Assembly (NCBI GenBank): GCA_963805855.1
Contig: CAWDVW010000007.1
Span: 352,001-416,000, forward strand
DNA length: 64,000 nucleotides
Source: Candidatus Dadabacteria bacterium
Lineage (GTDB): Bacteria; Desulfobacterota_D; UBA1144; Nemesobacterales; CSP1-2
Direction of reading: 5' to 3'
The position numbers were made by a program, and so were the translations under genes. The notes under the pieces are model-generated. The model had not been told where the DNA came from, did no database searches, and was given only the letters and a program-made list of their open reading frames with translations. Positions 9,521 through 18,962 of the stretch are shown piece by piece (position 1 is the first letter of the stretch; each line of letters opens with the position of its first letter).

Positions 9521-9552
9521 ACTATAAACTTTACAGTATAGCGGAAAGTCAA
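9521..9552 (-). promoter_or_regulatory. MerR-type promoter/operator
   Basis: TTGACT-20 nt-TATAGT with dyad ACTTTccgcTATActgtAAAGT spanning the elongated spacer. Confidence 0.75.
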
Positions 9553-9618
9553 GTCCTCTTTACTGGGCTCATACTGAGATTCTATCTTGTTCATAGCCAA
9601 AAGGACAACCCGATTATA

Positions 9619-9645
9619 TTCCCGCGGTAAAACCACGGGGATTCA
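9619..9645. repeat. IS200/IS605-like hairpin end remnant
   Basis: CCCGCGGTAAAACCACGGGGATTC, similar in architecture to the hairpins at 25701, 26267 and 31381. Confidence 0.4.
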
Positions 9646-9808
9646 AAAGGTAAAATTAATAAACGTCTCCCTGGCTACTGAGCATTTTGGGATGTGAGAT
9701 CAGATGTTAGAATATAGTATCAAATAAGGGAAATTTTTGTATTATGGACCTGAATTATATTCTTATTGATAGGTTGGTCCCAGTTTAATTGATTTTGGAT
9801 TACGAAAT

Positions 9809-10480
9809 ATGCGCATTTTGATGGTTGAGGACGATAGGAAGACGGCTGCTTTTATCAGCAAGGGATTGTCTGAAAATGGATTTATAGTGGATATCGCTGG
9901 TAATGGCGACGAAGGGCTACTCCTCGCACAAAGGCGTGAATACGACCTCATTATCCTCGATGTAATGCTCCCGGAGAAGGATGGATGGTCTGTTATGACG
10001 GAAATAAGACGTGGTAGCAATCCCATTCCGGTTCTTTTTCTTACGGCTCGCGACTCTGTTCACGACCGAGTAAAAGGACTAGAACTTGGAGGAGACGACT
10101 ATCTGGTCAAGCCTTTTGCATTCTCCGAACTACTTGCCCGCATACGCTCTGTGCTTCGTCGTGGCTCATCCAGGCAATCAGAAATAGTTTCGATTGCAGA
10201 TCTGGAGATAGATCTTGTGAGGCATAAAGCCACACGCGGCGAGAAACAACTTGGCTTGACAGCGAAGGAATTTGCTCTTTTGTCTCTTCTGGCGAGAAGA
10301 AAAGGCGAGGTTCTGTCACGAACTTATATCGCGGAACAGGTGTGGGACATGAATTTTGATAGTGACAGCAATGTTGTCGATGTGGCGGTTCGAAGACTTC
10401 GTAGAAAAGTGGATGACCCTTTTACTGAAAAGCTGATTCGCACTATCCGTGGTGTAGGTTATGTTATCGAAGACTCCTGA
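9809..10480 (+). CDS. cusR: Heavy-metal response regulator (CusR/CzcR, OmpR family)
   Basis: [59 protein letters not shown]. Confidence 0.9.
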   Translation: MRILMVEDDRKTAAFISKGLSENGFIVDIAGNGDEGLLLAQRREYDLIILDVMLPEKDGWSVMTEIRRGSNPIPVLFLTARDSVHDRVKGLELGGDDYLVKPFAFSELLARIRSVLRRGSSRQSEIVSIADLEIDLVRHKATRGEKQLGLTAKEFALLSLLARRKGEVLSRTYIAEQVWDMNFDSDSNVVDVAVRRLRRKVDDPFTEKLIRTIRGVGYVIEDS

Positions 10481-11921
10481 GAAAATAATAAAAAAGATAT
10501 ATTCTCCAATCGTATCTTGGTGCCAGTCGATCACCGGAAGGCTAGCTCTTCTCTACACATTGTCAGCCCTTGGTATGCTTACCCTGGCTACAATATTTTT
10601 GTACTGGGAGCTTAAAACCAATTTGGAATTGGATGAGAACCAGTTCCTGGCGGACAAAATTAATGTTATACGAGTTATTCTAAGCAACCATCCCTCCAAT
10701 CCACTAGCCCTGGATGAAGAGGTCAAATTAGAGGAAGCGGCTCACAAGTTTGCAATTTACTATTCAAGGGTATTAGACGAGAAAGAGCACACTCTTATTG
10801 AGACCCCTCAGATGGCTAACATAATTACTAAGGATCTGTTTCCGCAACCAATTGGTCTTGTGGAAAAGCCTGTAGAAGGGGTAAAATGGAAATCGCCTAA
10901 CGGTAATTTCTACCTACTAATGGCAGCTTGGGCGGAGCTCGATCATTCCTCTGGGGAAAAGCGACTTCTCCAGTTAGCACTAGATGTGTCAAAAGAAGAA
11001 ACCCTGATACATGATTACCGTCGAAACGTAATAGTTGTAATTCTTATAGGTGTCTTATTCTCAGCTGGAGCAGGCGTATCGATTGCGCGTAAAGGGATGC
11101 AGCCACTGCGGGAGATAACAAGTCTTGCACGACGAATCACAGCAGTCCAGCTCGGGGATCGGATTGATGCGGCGCGATGGCCAAGGGAGTTGAAAGACCT
11201 TGCCACTGCGTTCGATGAGATGCTCAACCGTCTTGAGGATTCGTTTACTCAACTATCACAGTTTTCCGCAGACCTGGCCCATGAACTACGCACCCCTATT
11301 AATAACCTCTTAGGCGAAGCTGAGGTTGCTCTTTTAAGATCCAGAAGTCCCGACGAGTATCGTCAGGTCATTGAATCTAGCCTGGAGGAATATGGAAGGC
11401 TCTCTCGAATGATCGACAGCCTACTTTTTCTGGCACGTGCTGAATGCAAAGATGCCCAAATTAATCGATCCGTGCTCGAAGCACATGAAGAGATCGAAAT
11501 TGTTCGTGAATTTCACGAGGCTTTTGCCGAAGAGAAAGGGATCAATGTCGTCTGCCATGGAAACGCTCGCCTGAATGTGGATTCAATCTTATTTCGTCGA
11601 GCCGTGAGCAACCTGCTTTCCAATGCGCTCCACTACACCCTCCCTGGAGGAAAGATTGCCCTTTGCGTAAAGCAATTGGATGGTCAAGGTGTTGAAGTCA
11701 TCGTAAGTGACACCGGTTTCGGAATTGGACAAGAACATCTTCCAAAAGTTTTTGATCGCTTCTACAGAACCAACCTTGCAAGGTCTCAATGCCCTCAAGG
11801 CTCTGGGTTGGGATTGGCTTTGGTCAAGTCCATTATGGACCTCCATGGCGGTACAGTTGCGATTCAGAGCGTGCCTAGTATGGGAACGATGGTTATACTG
11901 AGATTTCCCCAGCAAACCTAA
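10461..11921 (+). CDS. cusS: Heavy-metal sensor histidine kinase (CusS/CzcS)
   Basis: 2 [37 protein letters not shown]. Confidence 0.9.
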   Translation: MLSKTPEKIIKKIYSPIVSWCQSITGRLALLYTLSALGMLTLATIFLYWELKTNLELDENQFLADKINVIRVILSNHPSNPLALDEEVKLEEAAHKFAIYYSRVLDEKEHTLIETPQMANIITKDLFPQPIGLVEKPVEGVKWKSPNGNFYLLMAAWAELDHSSGEKRLLQLALDVSKEETLIHDYRRNVIVVILIGVLFSAGAGVSIARKGMQPLREITSLARRITAVQLGDRIDAARWPRELKDLATAFDEMLNRLEDSFTQLSQFSADLAHELRTPINNLLGEAEVALLRSRSPDEYRQVIESSLEEYGRLSRMIDSLLFLARAECKDAQINRSVLEAHEEIEIVREFHEAFAEEKGINVVCHGNARLNVDSILFRRAVSNLLSNALHYTLPGGKIALCVKQLDGQGVEVIVSDTGFGIGQEHLPKVFDRFYRTNLARSQCPQGSGLGLALVKSIMDLHGGTVAIQSVPSMGTMVILRFPQQT

Positions 11922-11930
11922 GACCAAAGA

Positions 11931-11971
11931 AAAATTACAAAATTGTAATCCTCCCGTCATCTTCCTGTCAT
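11931..11971 (+). promoter_or_regulatory. CusR/CopR-type box plus 11-bp-period half-site repeats
   Basis: AAAATTACAAAATTGTAAT palindrome, then TGTAAT-5-CGTCAT-5-TGTCAT. Confidence 0.7.
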
Positions 11972-12134
11972 TCAGTGGCAATAGAATTTCCAAAGTTAGA
12001 CAGAAAACGGTTCAAGGAATAATCATGATTTTGCGTTTTCCAGGAAGCTTCAAAGTGAGCCTTTTTTTCTAGTCCACCTTATTCGGGTGCCAATGTCATT
12101 CCGACTTTTTCAACCTAGTCAAAAAGGATGAAAT

Positions 12135-13691
12135 ATGAAGAAACTCAAGATTGGAATAATAGATTTTATAACTAAAGCACCAAATCGATCCTTGTGGGCA
12201 CGTCTCATGCATGCTAATCTCGCCGGAATTATGCCCCAAGTTATTGCCTGCTGGTGTGAAAGCCTTGGGCATGAGGTCTCGTTATTCCTATATACTGGCA
12301 TCGAGGACCTTGACAAAGAAGTGCCGAAAGACGTTGATGTCGTTTTTATTAGTGCATTTTCGCAATCTGCTTTGCAGGCATACGCATTAAGTAGTAGGTA
12401 TAGGCGCGACGGAGTGATCACCGTGCTAGGTGGCCCCCATGCTCGTTGTTATCCAGAGGATGCACAGAAGTACTTTGACTATATTCTGGGTATGACAGAT
12501 GAAAAACTATGCCGGGATCTGCTGCAGGGCTGCGCGCAACAACGACCCCTCGGGCAGTACTTGTCCGCACCTAGACAGCCAACGACTCTTCCGGGAGTCC
12601 GCGAACGCTGGAAGTATATCTCACAAGCGCTTGTAAAGGCCCCTTGGATAAAGGTTGTGCCAATGATCGGTAGTATGGGATGTCCTTATACCTGCAGTTT
12701 TTGCATTGATGCCAATCAGCCTTATCAACCCCTCGAATTTGATGTAATAAGGGACGATCTACGATTCTTACTAAAGAAGTTTGACCGGCCCCTCGTAAGC
12801 TGGTATGACCCGAATTTCGGTGTTAGGTTCGATGATTATATGGAAACGCTGGAGGAAGCGGTTCCAGCTAACAGTGTAGATTTTATTGCGGAGAGTAGTT
12901 TATCCATCCTTTCGGAGCCACACCTAAGACGCCTACAACATAATGGATTCAAGGCTATCTTACCTGGAATTGAATCTTGGTTTGATATGGGGAATAAGTC
13001 AAAAACCGGTCAGAGGCAGGGAATGGAGAAACTCATTGTTGTTTCAGAGCATGTGAACACGATTTTGCGCTATATCCCTTATGTGCAGACAAACTTTGTA
13101 ATTGGACTGGATAGCGATGAAGCCCCTGAATCATTTGAGTTAACAAAAAGATTTGTAGATATGTCACCTGCAGCCTTTCCTGCTTACCCACTTCTAACGG
13201 CTTTTGGCCAAGCTGCTCCAATAAATCTTCAATACCAACGCCAGAATCGGGTTATACCATTTCCTTTTCATTTCCTCAATAACAATCACGCTATGAATGT
13301 AAAGCCAAAAAACTATTCCTGGCCCGAATTTTATGATCATTTGATTGATCTGGCCGAGTATTCATTTTCATGGCGATCTATTTACAACCGTTTCCGCGCG
13401 ACTACTTCTAGAATACCAAGATGGATGAACCTTATGCGTGCGGTATCAAGCGAGGGATTTGGGAGAATCAAATTTTATCGAAAAGTTCGAAGCCTTCTGG
13501 ATACCGACAGAAAATTCAGAGACTACTTTGAAGGAGAAACCATCGATCTTCCGCAGTTTCACGCGAGTATTATTAAGAAAGACCTCGGTAAGCTATGGGA
13601 ATGGCTACCGTCGGGAGCACTGTATCACGACCCCAATGCTTATCTCAACGCGGAGCTACAAAAGAAAAATGAGCAGCGACTACGTGCTTAA
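12135..13691 (+). CDS. B12-binding-domain radical SAM protein
   Basis: N-terminal cobalamin-binding-like domain (FISAFS, VLGGPHA), GCPYTCSFC, GIES, NFVIGLDSD. Confidence 0.85.
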   Translation: MKKLKIGIIDFITKAPNRSLWARLMHANLAGIMPQVIACWCESLGHEVSLFLYTGIEDLDKEVPKDVDVVFISAFSQSALQAYALSSRYRRDGVITVLGGPHARCYPEDAQKYFDYILGMTDEKLCRDLLQGCAQQRPLGQYLSAPRQPTTLPGVRERWKYISQALVKAPWIKVVPMIGSMGCPYTCSFCIDANQPYQPLEFDVIRDDLRFLLKKFDRPLVSWYDPNFGVRFDDYMETLEEAVPANSVDFIAESSLSILSEPHLRRLQHNGFKAILPGIESWFDMGNKSKTGQRQGMEKLIVVSEHVNTILRYIPYVQTNFVIGLDSDEAPESFELTKRFVDMSPAAFPAYPLLTAFGQAAPINLQYQRQNRVIPFPFHFLNNNHAMNVKPKNYSWPEFYDHLIDLAEYSFSWRSIYNRFRATTSRIPRWMNLMRAVSSEGFGRIKFYRKVRSLLDTDRKFRDYFEGETIDLPQFHASIIKKDLGKLWEWLPSGALYHDPNAYLNAELQKKNEQRLRA

Positions 13692-13851
13692 ATGCCGTAC
13701 GTCATGGCTGCTCTTGGGGTGCGTTTACGATGCACAACTCAGGCTAGACTAGCTGCTACTGTTATATTATGGAGTGGTAAAACGGTCATATACATATTTG
13801 AAGATTCAAGCCTTTTTCGGTTTTCTGAATTTTATTCATCAAAAACTATTA

Positions 13852-14634
13852 TTAGTCCGTTACCGTTGGTACGGATTGGAGTTTCCTGCCGATTATTATT
13901 CCGTAACCAACGTACTTACTCTGGAAAATTTGTTCCGATTTTTTTATTCTAAAAAATCCATTTATTCCCCATGTTCTTAAGATTTTTAATATGATTTTGA
14001 AACGCTCCTTTACCCCCAATTTATCCTTTATGTTTATTATCCATTTTGGGAATAGGTAAGATTTATCCACTGTCTTCACATCTATGAGCCCGGCTCTCTC
14101 AAACAGATCTTTCCATCCCTCAATCGTCTCAGGTTTTTCACCTTCAATCTTGTCGAGGGGTTGCTTCATCTGCTCAGGCGTATCCTCTTTCCAGCAGATA
14201 TCGTGGATCCCTACATATCCTCCAGGACGTACGACTCTCACCATTTCAGCGATCGCTAGTTTTTTTTCAAGAACACATGTTGTGCACTCTGAAATTACAA
14301 CATCAAACGTGTTATCAGTAAAAGGTAAGTCGTGCGCATCAGCTTTTTTGAATTCAACAGTTAAGTTTTTTTCTTTCCCTTTCCTTCTGGCTTTTTCAAT
14401 CATGTAATCGGAGGCATCTATTCCGATAACGTGACAAGAGAAGCTCTCTGCCAAGTAACAGGCGCTGTGACCAGTTCCCGAAGCTACATCCAGAACTTTT
14501 GAGTTTCTTCCGACATGGCATAGTTCTGCGAGCTCTTTCGTTATTTCCAATTCCCCGGGATGGAAAATTTCCAATCCCAAATCTTGGCTTTCAATGAGAT
14601 TTTCTAGAGAGGGTTTTGCGTCTAGCGATTTCAC
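13852..14634 (-). CDS. Class I SAM-dependent methyltransferase
   Basis: HPGELEIT, VLDVASGTG, DAHDLPF.DNTFDVVISEC, VRPGGYV. Confidence 0.85.
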   Translation of the reverse strand: MKSLDAKPSLENLIESQDLGLEIFHPGELEITKELAELCHVGRNSKVLDVASGTGHSACYLAESFSCHVIGIDASDYMIEKARRKGKEKNLTVEFKKADAHDLPFTDNTFDVVISECTTCVLEKKLAIAEMVRVVRPGGYVGIHDICWKEDTPEQMKQPLDKIEGEKPETIEGWKDLFERAGLIDVKTVDKSYLFPKWIINIKDKLGVKERFKIILKILRTWGINGFFRIKKSEQIFQSKYVGYGIIIGRKLQSVPTVTD

Positions 14635-14928
14635 ATTCGTTTAATCAATGTCTTGTTAAAGGAAAGGCCGAATCATCGAAGGCAGCGATTCTAGTTCCTC
14701 TTGATGACGTATAAACCATTTTCCGTCGCTGTAAATATGCTGATACGCGACGCTTGGCGCTTCTCGAAAGGATTGACTATCTTGTGCACTCGTCTTCATG
14801 CCTGCCTAGACGGGCTGAAGCATAAGAGGATCAGCCTAACTCCTCAATAGCGAACCGCGTAAAAGGACGAACTCATCCGGCTACTGATCCGGCGCAGGAA
14901 TTCTAAACTACCATTCCCCCGAAATATG

Positions 14929-15468
14929 CTATTCCTGTTTTTCAGGAGGAGCTTGTTCCTTGCTCTCCATTTTCATCATTTGACCAGGCATCATAGGTGT
15001 CGGGGCCATAATTTTTTTGAAATTTTCCACACCAATTGTTTTTCTTATTGATACAAGGCCGTTTACGTAGAGATCAGCCATGGCAAGACTGATATCGTTA
15101 GAGTTTTTGATTTCCTCTTTTACCTTCGAGGGGTCAAAATTGGGGTCGTGCAACATATCCATGACCTTAATGTGGGAGATTTTAAAATCAGCATCTTTTT
15201 GAACGATCGGATACAGATACGTTTCATTTATCTTCGACAGCTCCTTTTTCTGTTCGTCGTTAAGATCCAGATTATTCGCTTTCATCAAAAGATGGTGAAT
15301 CATCATGCCATACATCGAAGTGTGCTTTCCCCCCATCATCCCGTGCATTCTCATCATACCCGGACCAGGCATACCCTTCTGTCCCGGTTTTTGCTGCACA
15401 GGGCCCTCTGCAAATGAGAAATTGGCCAAACACATTATGACAGCGATTGAAATTATAAATCTTCTCAT
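14929..15468 (-). CDS. Spy/CpxP-like periplasmic protein, Met/Gly/His-rich (probable Cu/Ag-binding)
   Basis: Signal peptide, GMMRMHGMMGG, LDLNDEQ (LTxxQ-like). Confidence 0.65.
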   Translation of the reverse strand: MRRFIISIAVIMCLANFSFAEGPVQQKPGQKGMPGPGMMRMHGMMGGKHTSMYGMMIHHLLMKANNLDLNDEQKKELSKINETYLYPIVQKDADFKISHIKVMDMLHDPNFDPSKVKEEIKNSNDISLAMADLYVNGLVSIRKTIGVENFKKIMAPTPMMPGQMMKMESKEQAPPEKQE

Positions 15469-15637
15469 ATTTATTACCTCCTGAGTCCAATTATCATTTC
15501 AAATTGGTCTTATTTTACTTATTTAGATTTAAACCTATTTTGTGACGGTGTCAACATATTCAATCTCATGAAATCTCACTTCATCTACATTTTCTGTAAA
15601 TCCGTTCTGAGATAAAAATTTACTCATTTATGCTTGT

Positions 15638-15799
15638 TCATCTCTCAATTCTAAGAAATTTCGCATTTATGGCGACGATTACTGTACTCAGTGACATTAG
15701 CACAGCGCCTAGTGCTGGGCTCAGAAGTATTCTTAAAGGATATAGAACCCCTGCAGCGAGAGGGATAGCAACTACATTGTATCCGGTAGCCCAGGCAAG
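15638..15799 (-). pseudogene. C-terminal remnant of a CopB-type (P1B-3) copper ATPase
   Basis: Manual translation [53 protein letters not shown]; rest of gene absent. Confidence 0.85.
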
Positions 15800-15886
15800 G
15801 GATCCTGCCGGAATCAAGAAATAATCGGCTTTCCCTCCAGGGGGAAAATCCCTGTCCGGGGAACTCTCACTATTGTTGCTTTTGCT

Positions 15887-16441
15887 TTAAGGTTCATGAT
15901 GATGCTCATGAATATTTCCCTGGTCATGATTGGGCGCTTTTTCCTTTTCTATCATCGCTTTATATTCTTCGGGAGTCAGGTCGGGAAGCTGCCTCAGGAA
16001 GGCTACAATTGACCATAGTTCTTCTTCACTGTGAGTGGGTCCAAAGGCGGGCATTCCTGTCATTTTAATTCCGTTCTTGGTAATCCAATAGAGCTCCTCT
16101 GAGCTCAATTCCTCAATGACATCGGCGAGGTCTGGCGGTTCGGGATATAGTCCTTTCCCTATTTCGGAGGGTTTGACACCTGGAGCACCATGACATCCGA
16201 CACACATTTCATTATAGTGATTGAATCCCGTCTTAACCATTGAGTCATCATCAAGCGAAGGAACGGTAATACCTCCTGCATGGGATCTGATTGACTGTTC
16301 TGTCGCAGTGTTCAATATAAATTCTGTAAGTTTTGTGTGGGGCTTAGTAGCTGCGACATCATACTTCCCCATGTAGATGAAGATAAAAAAGCCTACGATA
16401 ACAAGTATAATAAAAATTAAGATTGTCCATATCACTTTCAT
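15887..16441 (-). CDS. Membrane-anchored monoheme cytochrome c, His-rich tail
   Basis: CVGCHGAPG, GIKMTGMPAFG, HEHHHEP. Confidence 0.9.
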   Translation of the reverse strand: MKVIWTILIFIILVIVGFFIFIYMGKYDVAATKPHTKLTEFILNTATEQSIRSHAGGITVPSLDDDSMVKTGFNHYNEMCVGCHGAPGVKPSEIGKGLYPEPPDLADVIEELSSEELYWITKNGIKMTGMPAFGPTHSEEELWSIVAFLRQLPDLTPEEYKAMIEKEKAPNHDQGNIHEHHHEP

Positions 16442-17074
16442 CTCTTACCTCCTTATTGCAAAGTCATTATCTATTATCTTGATTCATATTACCATAACAT
16501 GATTATTTATTATCATATAAATTGTTATTGAGTCATGAAGCAAGGAATTGGGAGTCCTTGTTATCTGCCATGAACTTATTTGATGGTGGCATCACGACGG
16601 TGTGATAGTGAATGGCAATACAGAAAGCAGCGACCTGTACACATTTTCTCTATTCAGAGAGTGATATGGGTTTCTCGTTTTTTTATGAATAATCTGAAAA
16701 AATGTAAGAAGTGCAAGTGATGCCGATTTCGAGTTCAAATAGAAACTTCAAAGTCTAAAATGCTTTTCTCTGTGTAGTAAAGTAATAGTTTATGAATACG
16801 TTGTAATAGCCTGTAAATATTATATGATTATTAAATTATAGTTTTTTAAATGCTCAACTTTCTTCACTTCCCTATTGCAAATAGTCAGTGGAATTTTAAA
16901 AGGTGTTAAAATCATAAACGTCAAGACCTCCTACCGTTGGACCTACTTTTCAATTACTAATATCAATTTCATCAATGTGACTCAAAAAAAGTAATTTTAT
17001 GCGCAATCCGGTAGAATATTATGCGGGTTAGTGTTCATTCATAGGTTTTATAAGAAATTTATTTCACAAAGGGC

Positions 17075-17551
17075 TTGAAAAACATGATAGTAAAGTCATT
17101 GTATCTTATTTTCCTAGTACTCGCATTGATTAGTTGCAGTGCTGACAAAGGGGAGTGCCCATTTTGTTATGTAAAAATGCCACACGACGCAAGGGTCATG
17201 GTTTCAGTTGAGGGCGAATCGACACCTAAAATGGCTTGTAGCATCACCTGCGTTCTCAATTATCAGAGAACAACTGGAAAGGAAATTAAATTTCTACGCG
17301 TTTCTGACTTTTATTCCGGAAACTTTTTGAACCCCCAAAAGGCATTTTATGTAATAGGAAGCGATGTAAATCCTTTTCATAAATACTTGCATAGTCATCT
17401 TTTCTCCGACTCTAGGACTCCATTTTATTTGGATTGGAGTAGGTACACACCGACGGTACTTGCCTTTGCCTCCAGAGACGATGCTGAAAAATTTCAAAGA
17501 GATCATGGGGGGAGAGTTGCTACATCTTCCATACTACAGCTAGATAAATAG
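17075..17551 (+). CDS. NosL-family lipoprotein (copper chaperone-like)
   Basis: Lipobox LIS-C, CPFC..M, CSITC, DFYSG...AFYVIGSDV, AFAS.DDA.KF...HGG. Confidence 0.75.
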   Translation: MKNMIVKSLYLIFLVLALISCSADKGECPFCYVKMPHDARVMVSVEGESTPKMACSITCVLNYQRTTGKEIKFLRVSDFYSGNFLNPQKAFYVIGSDVNPFHKYLHSHLFSDSRTPFYLDWSRYTPTVLAFASRDDAEKFQRDHGGRVATSSILQLDK

Positions 17552-17686
17552 TTATCTTTTAGACCCAGAGAAAAATCAAATATATAATAAGAAAGTATTC
17601 TTTTTTTATATAGTCCTATCGGCTCAATGCTAGTTTACCCGTTTTTACCGCCGGTTAGGATTCGGAAAATAGCCTATACAATTAGA

Positions 17687-18694
17687 CTAAGTCTTTACAT
17701 TCCTTAGAAATTCTGCTGTTTCTTCCGGAAGGGAAGTATTTATGAAGATTCCCGAGCCGATTTCAAACCCGGCCACTGTTGTGAGTCTTGGTATGATCTG
17801 AATATGCCAGAGGTAATAGCTCTTATTTTCGTCGTCCACGGGTGCAGTATGGATCACGAAGTTAAAGTCAGGATTATTGAGTGACTTATAAATCTTTAGT
17901 AGGGTGATTTGTAACATGCTTGCAAGGTCAGGAATGTCTTCGGTAGGGATGTTGCCAAAGGAGGATAAATGCCTTCTCGGAGCTATCCATGTTTCAAAGG
18001 CGGAACGGGAAGCAAAGGGATGAAAAACAACGAATTTATCCGTTTTTAAAACTATTCGTTTTTCAGCCGTCAATTCATCCTCACATATATCGCAGTATAT
18101 GCACCTTCCTGTATCGTCGAAGTACGCAGTAGCAACTTCATACTTTTTTCTTACGTGCATTGGCACTACGGGAGTTGCCACAAGCTGTGAATGGGGATGA
18201 ACCAGCGAAGTACCGGCCGATTCTCCGTGGTTCTTAAAAATTATAATCAGCTTAATCATAGGGTCTTTTTTTAATGCGTTATATCTTTCCCTATACGCCC
18301 TTAAAATATCCTCTACCTCTTTTTGATTCATGAGAGGGATGAGCCTATTATGGTATGGGCTTTCAATAATTACCTCGTGGGCGCCGATACCGTCCATTTT
18401 TCTGAAAAACTTGTTTTCCTTTCTTTCTATTGTTCCTCCGCGTACTAGTGCGGCGTACTTATTGGGAGTTACTCTTACAAGCCAGTTTGACTCACTGGCT
18501 TTATTTGATTCGGTATAAGCAAGCACTTCTGGAGGGGTCTGGGATTCGTTGCCTGGACAAAATGGGCAAGAAGCAACAAATGGGGGCAATTCTTCTTTGT
18601 CACCCCTTCTTATAAAGTCATGCGGTCTCTTACCCCTTTCCGTCGCAATAATCACCCATTCTTTAGTGGTAGGGTCTTGTCGAATCTCCGGCAT
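17687..18694 (-). CDS. galT: Galactose-1-phosphate uridylyltransferase (GalT family)
   Basis: R.KRP, CPFCPGNE, NKY.AL, G.HEVIIE, AGTSLVHPHSQ. Confidence 0.9.
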   Translation of the reverse strand: MPEIRQDPTTKEWVIIATERGKRPHDFIRRGDKEELPPFVASCPFCPGNESQTPPEVLAYTESNKASESNWLVRVTPNKYAALVRGGTIERKENKFFRKMDGIGAHEVIIESPYHNRLIPLMNQKEVEDILRAYRERYNALKKDPMIKLIIIFKNHGESAGTSLVHPHSQLVATPVVPMHVRKKYEVATAYFDDTGRCIYCDICEDELTAEKRIVLKTDKFVVFHPFASRSAFETWIAPRRHLSSFGNIPTEDIPDLASMLQITLLKIYKSLNNPDFNFVIHTAPVDDENKSYYLWHIQIIPRLTTVAGFEIGSGIFINTSLPEETAEFLRNVKT

Positions 18695-18962
18695 AATTTA
18701 ATTCCTTATTCTAGGTATTCTGATAGATTATCATGAGAGTCTATTTGGGCCTAAATTTACGACTTATCCTCGGGATATCTTTTAATTCGATTCAGATAAC
18801 TTCTCATCAGCCTAATTGCGTTTTTGTAATCCCTGCCCAAGGTAAATTGCTGCCACAGGCATACGTGAGAATGGTAACAATTATTAGCAATATAACGTTT
18901 TCCATTTAGATATCCAGTTGTTTTAAAATCTTATAAATTTCCTTATAGATGTCAGTGTTTTT

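Noticed and set aside
14656-14799. 47-aa minus-strand ORF MKTSAQDSQSF...MIRPFL as a possible peptide substrate for the nearby rSAM or methyltransferase
   Set aside because: Weak RBS, no recognisable motif, cannot be supported without homologs
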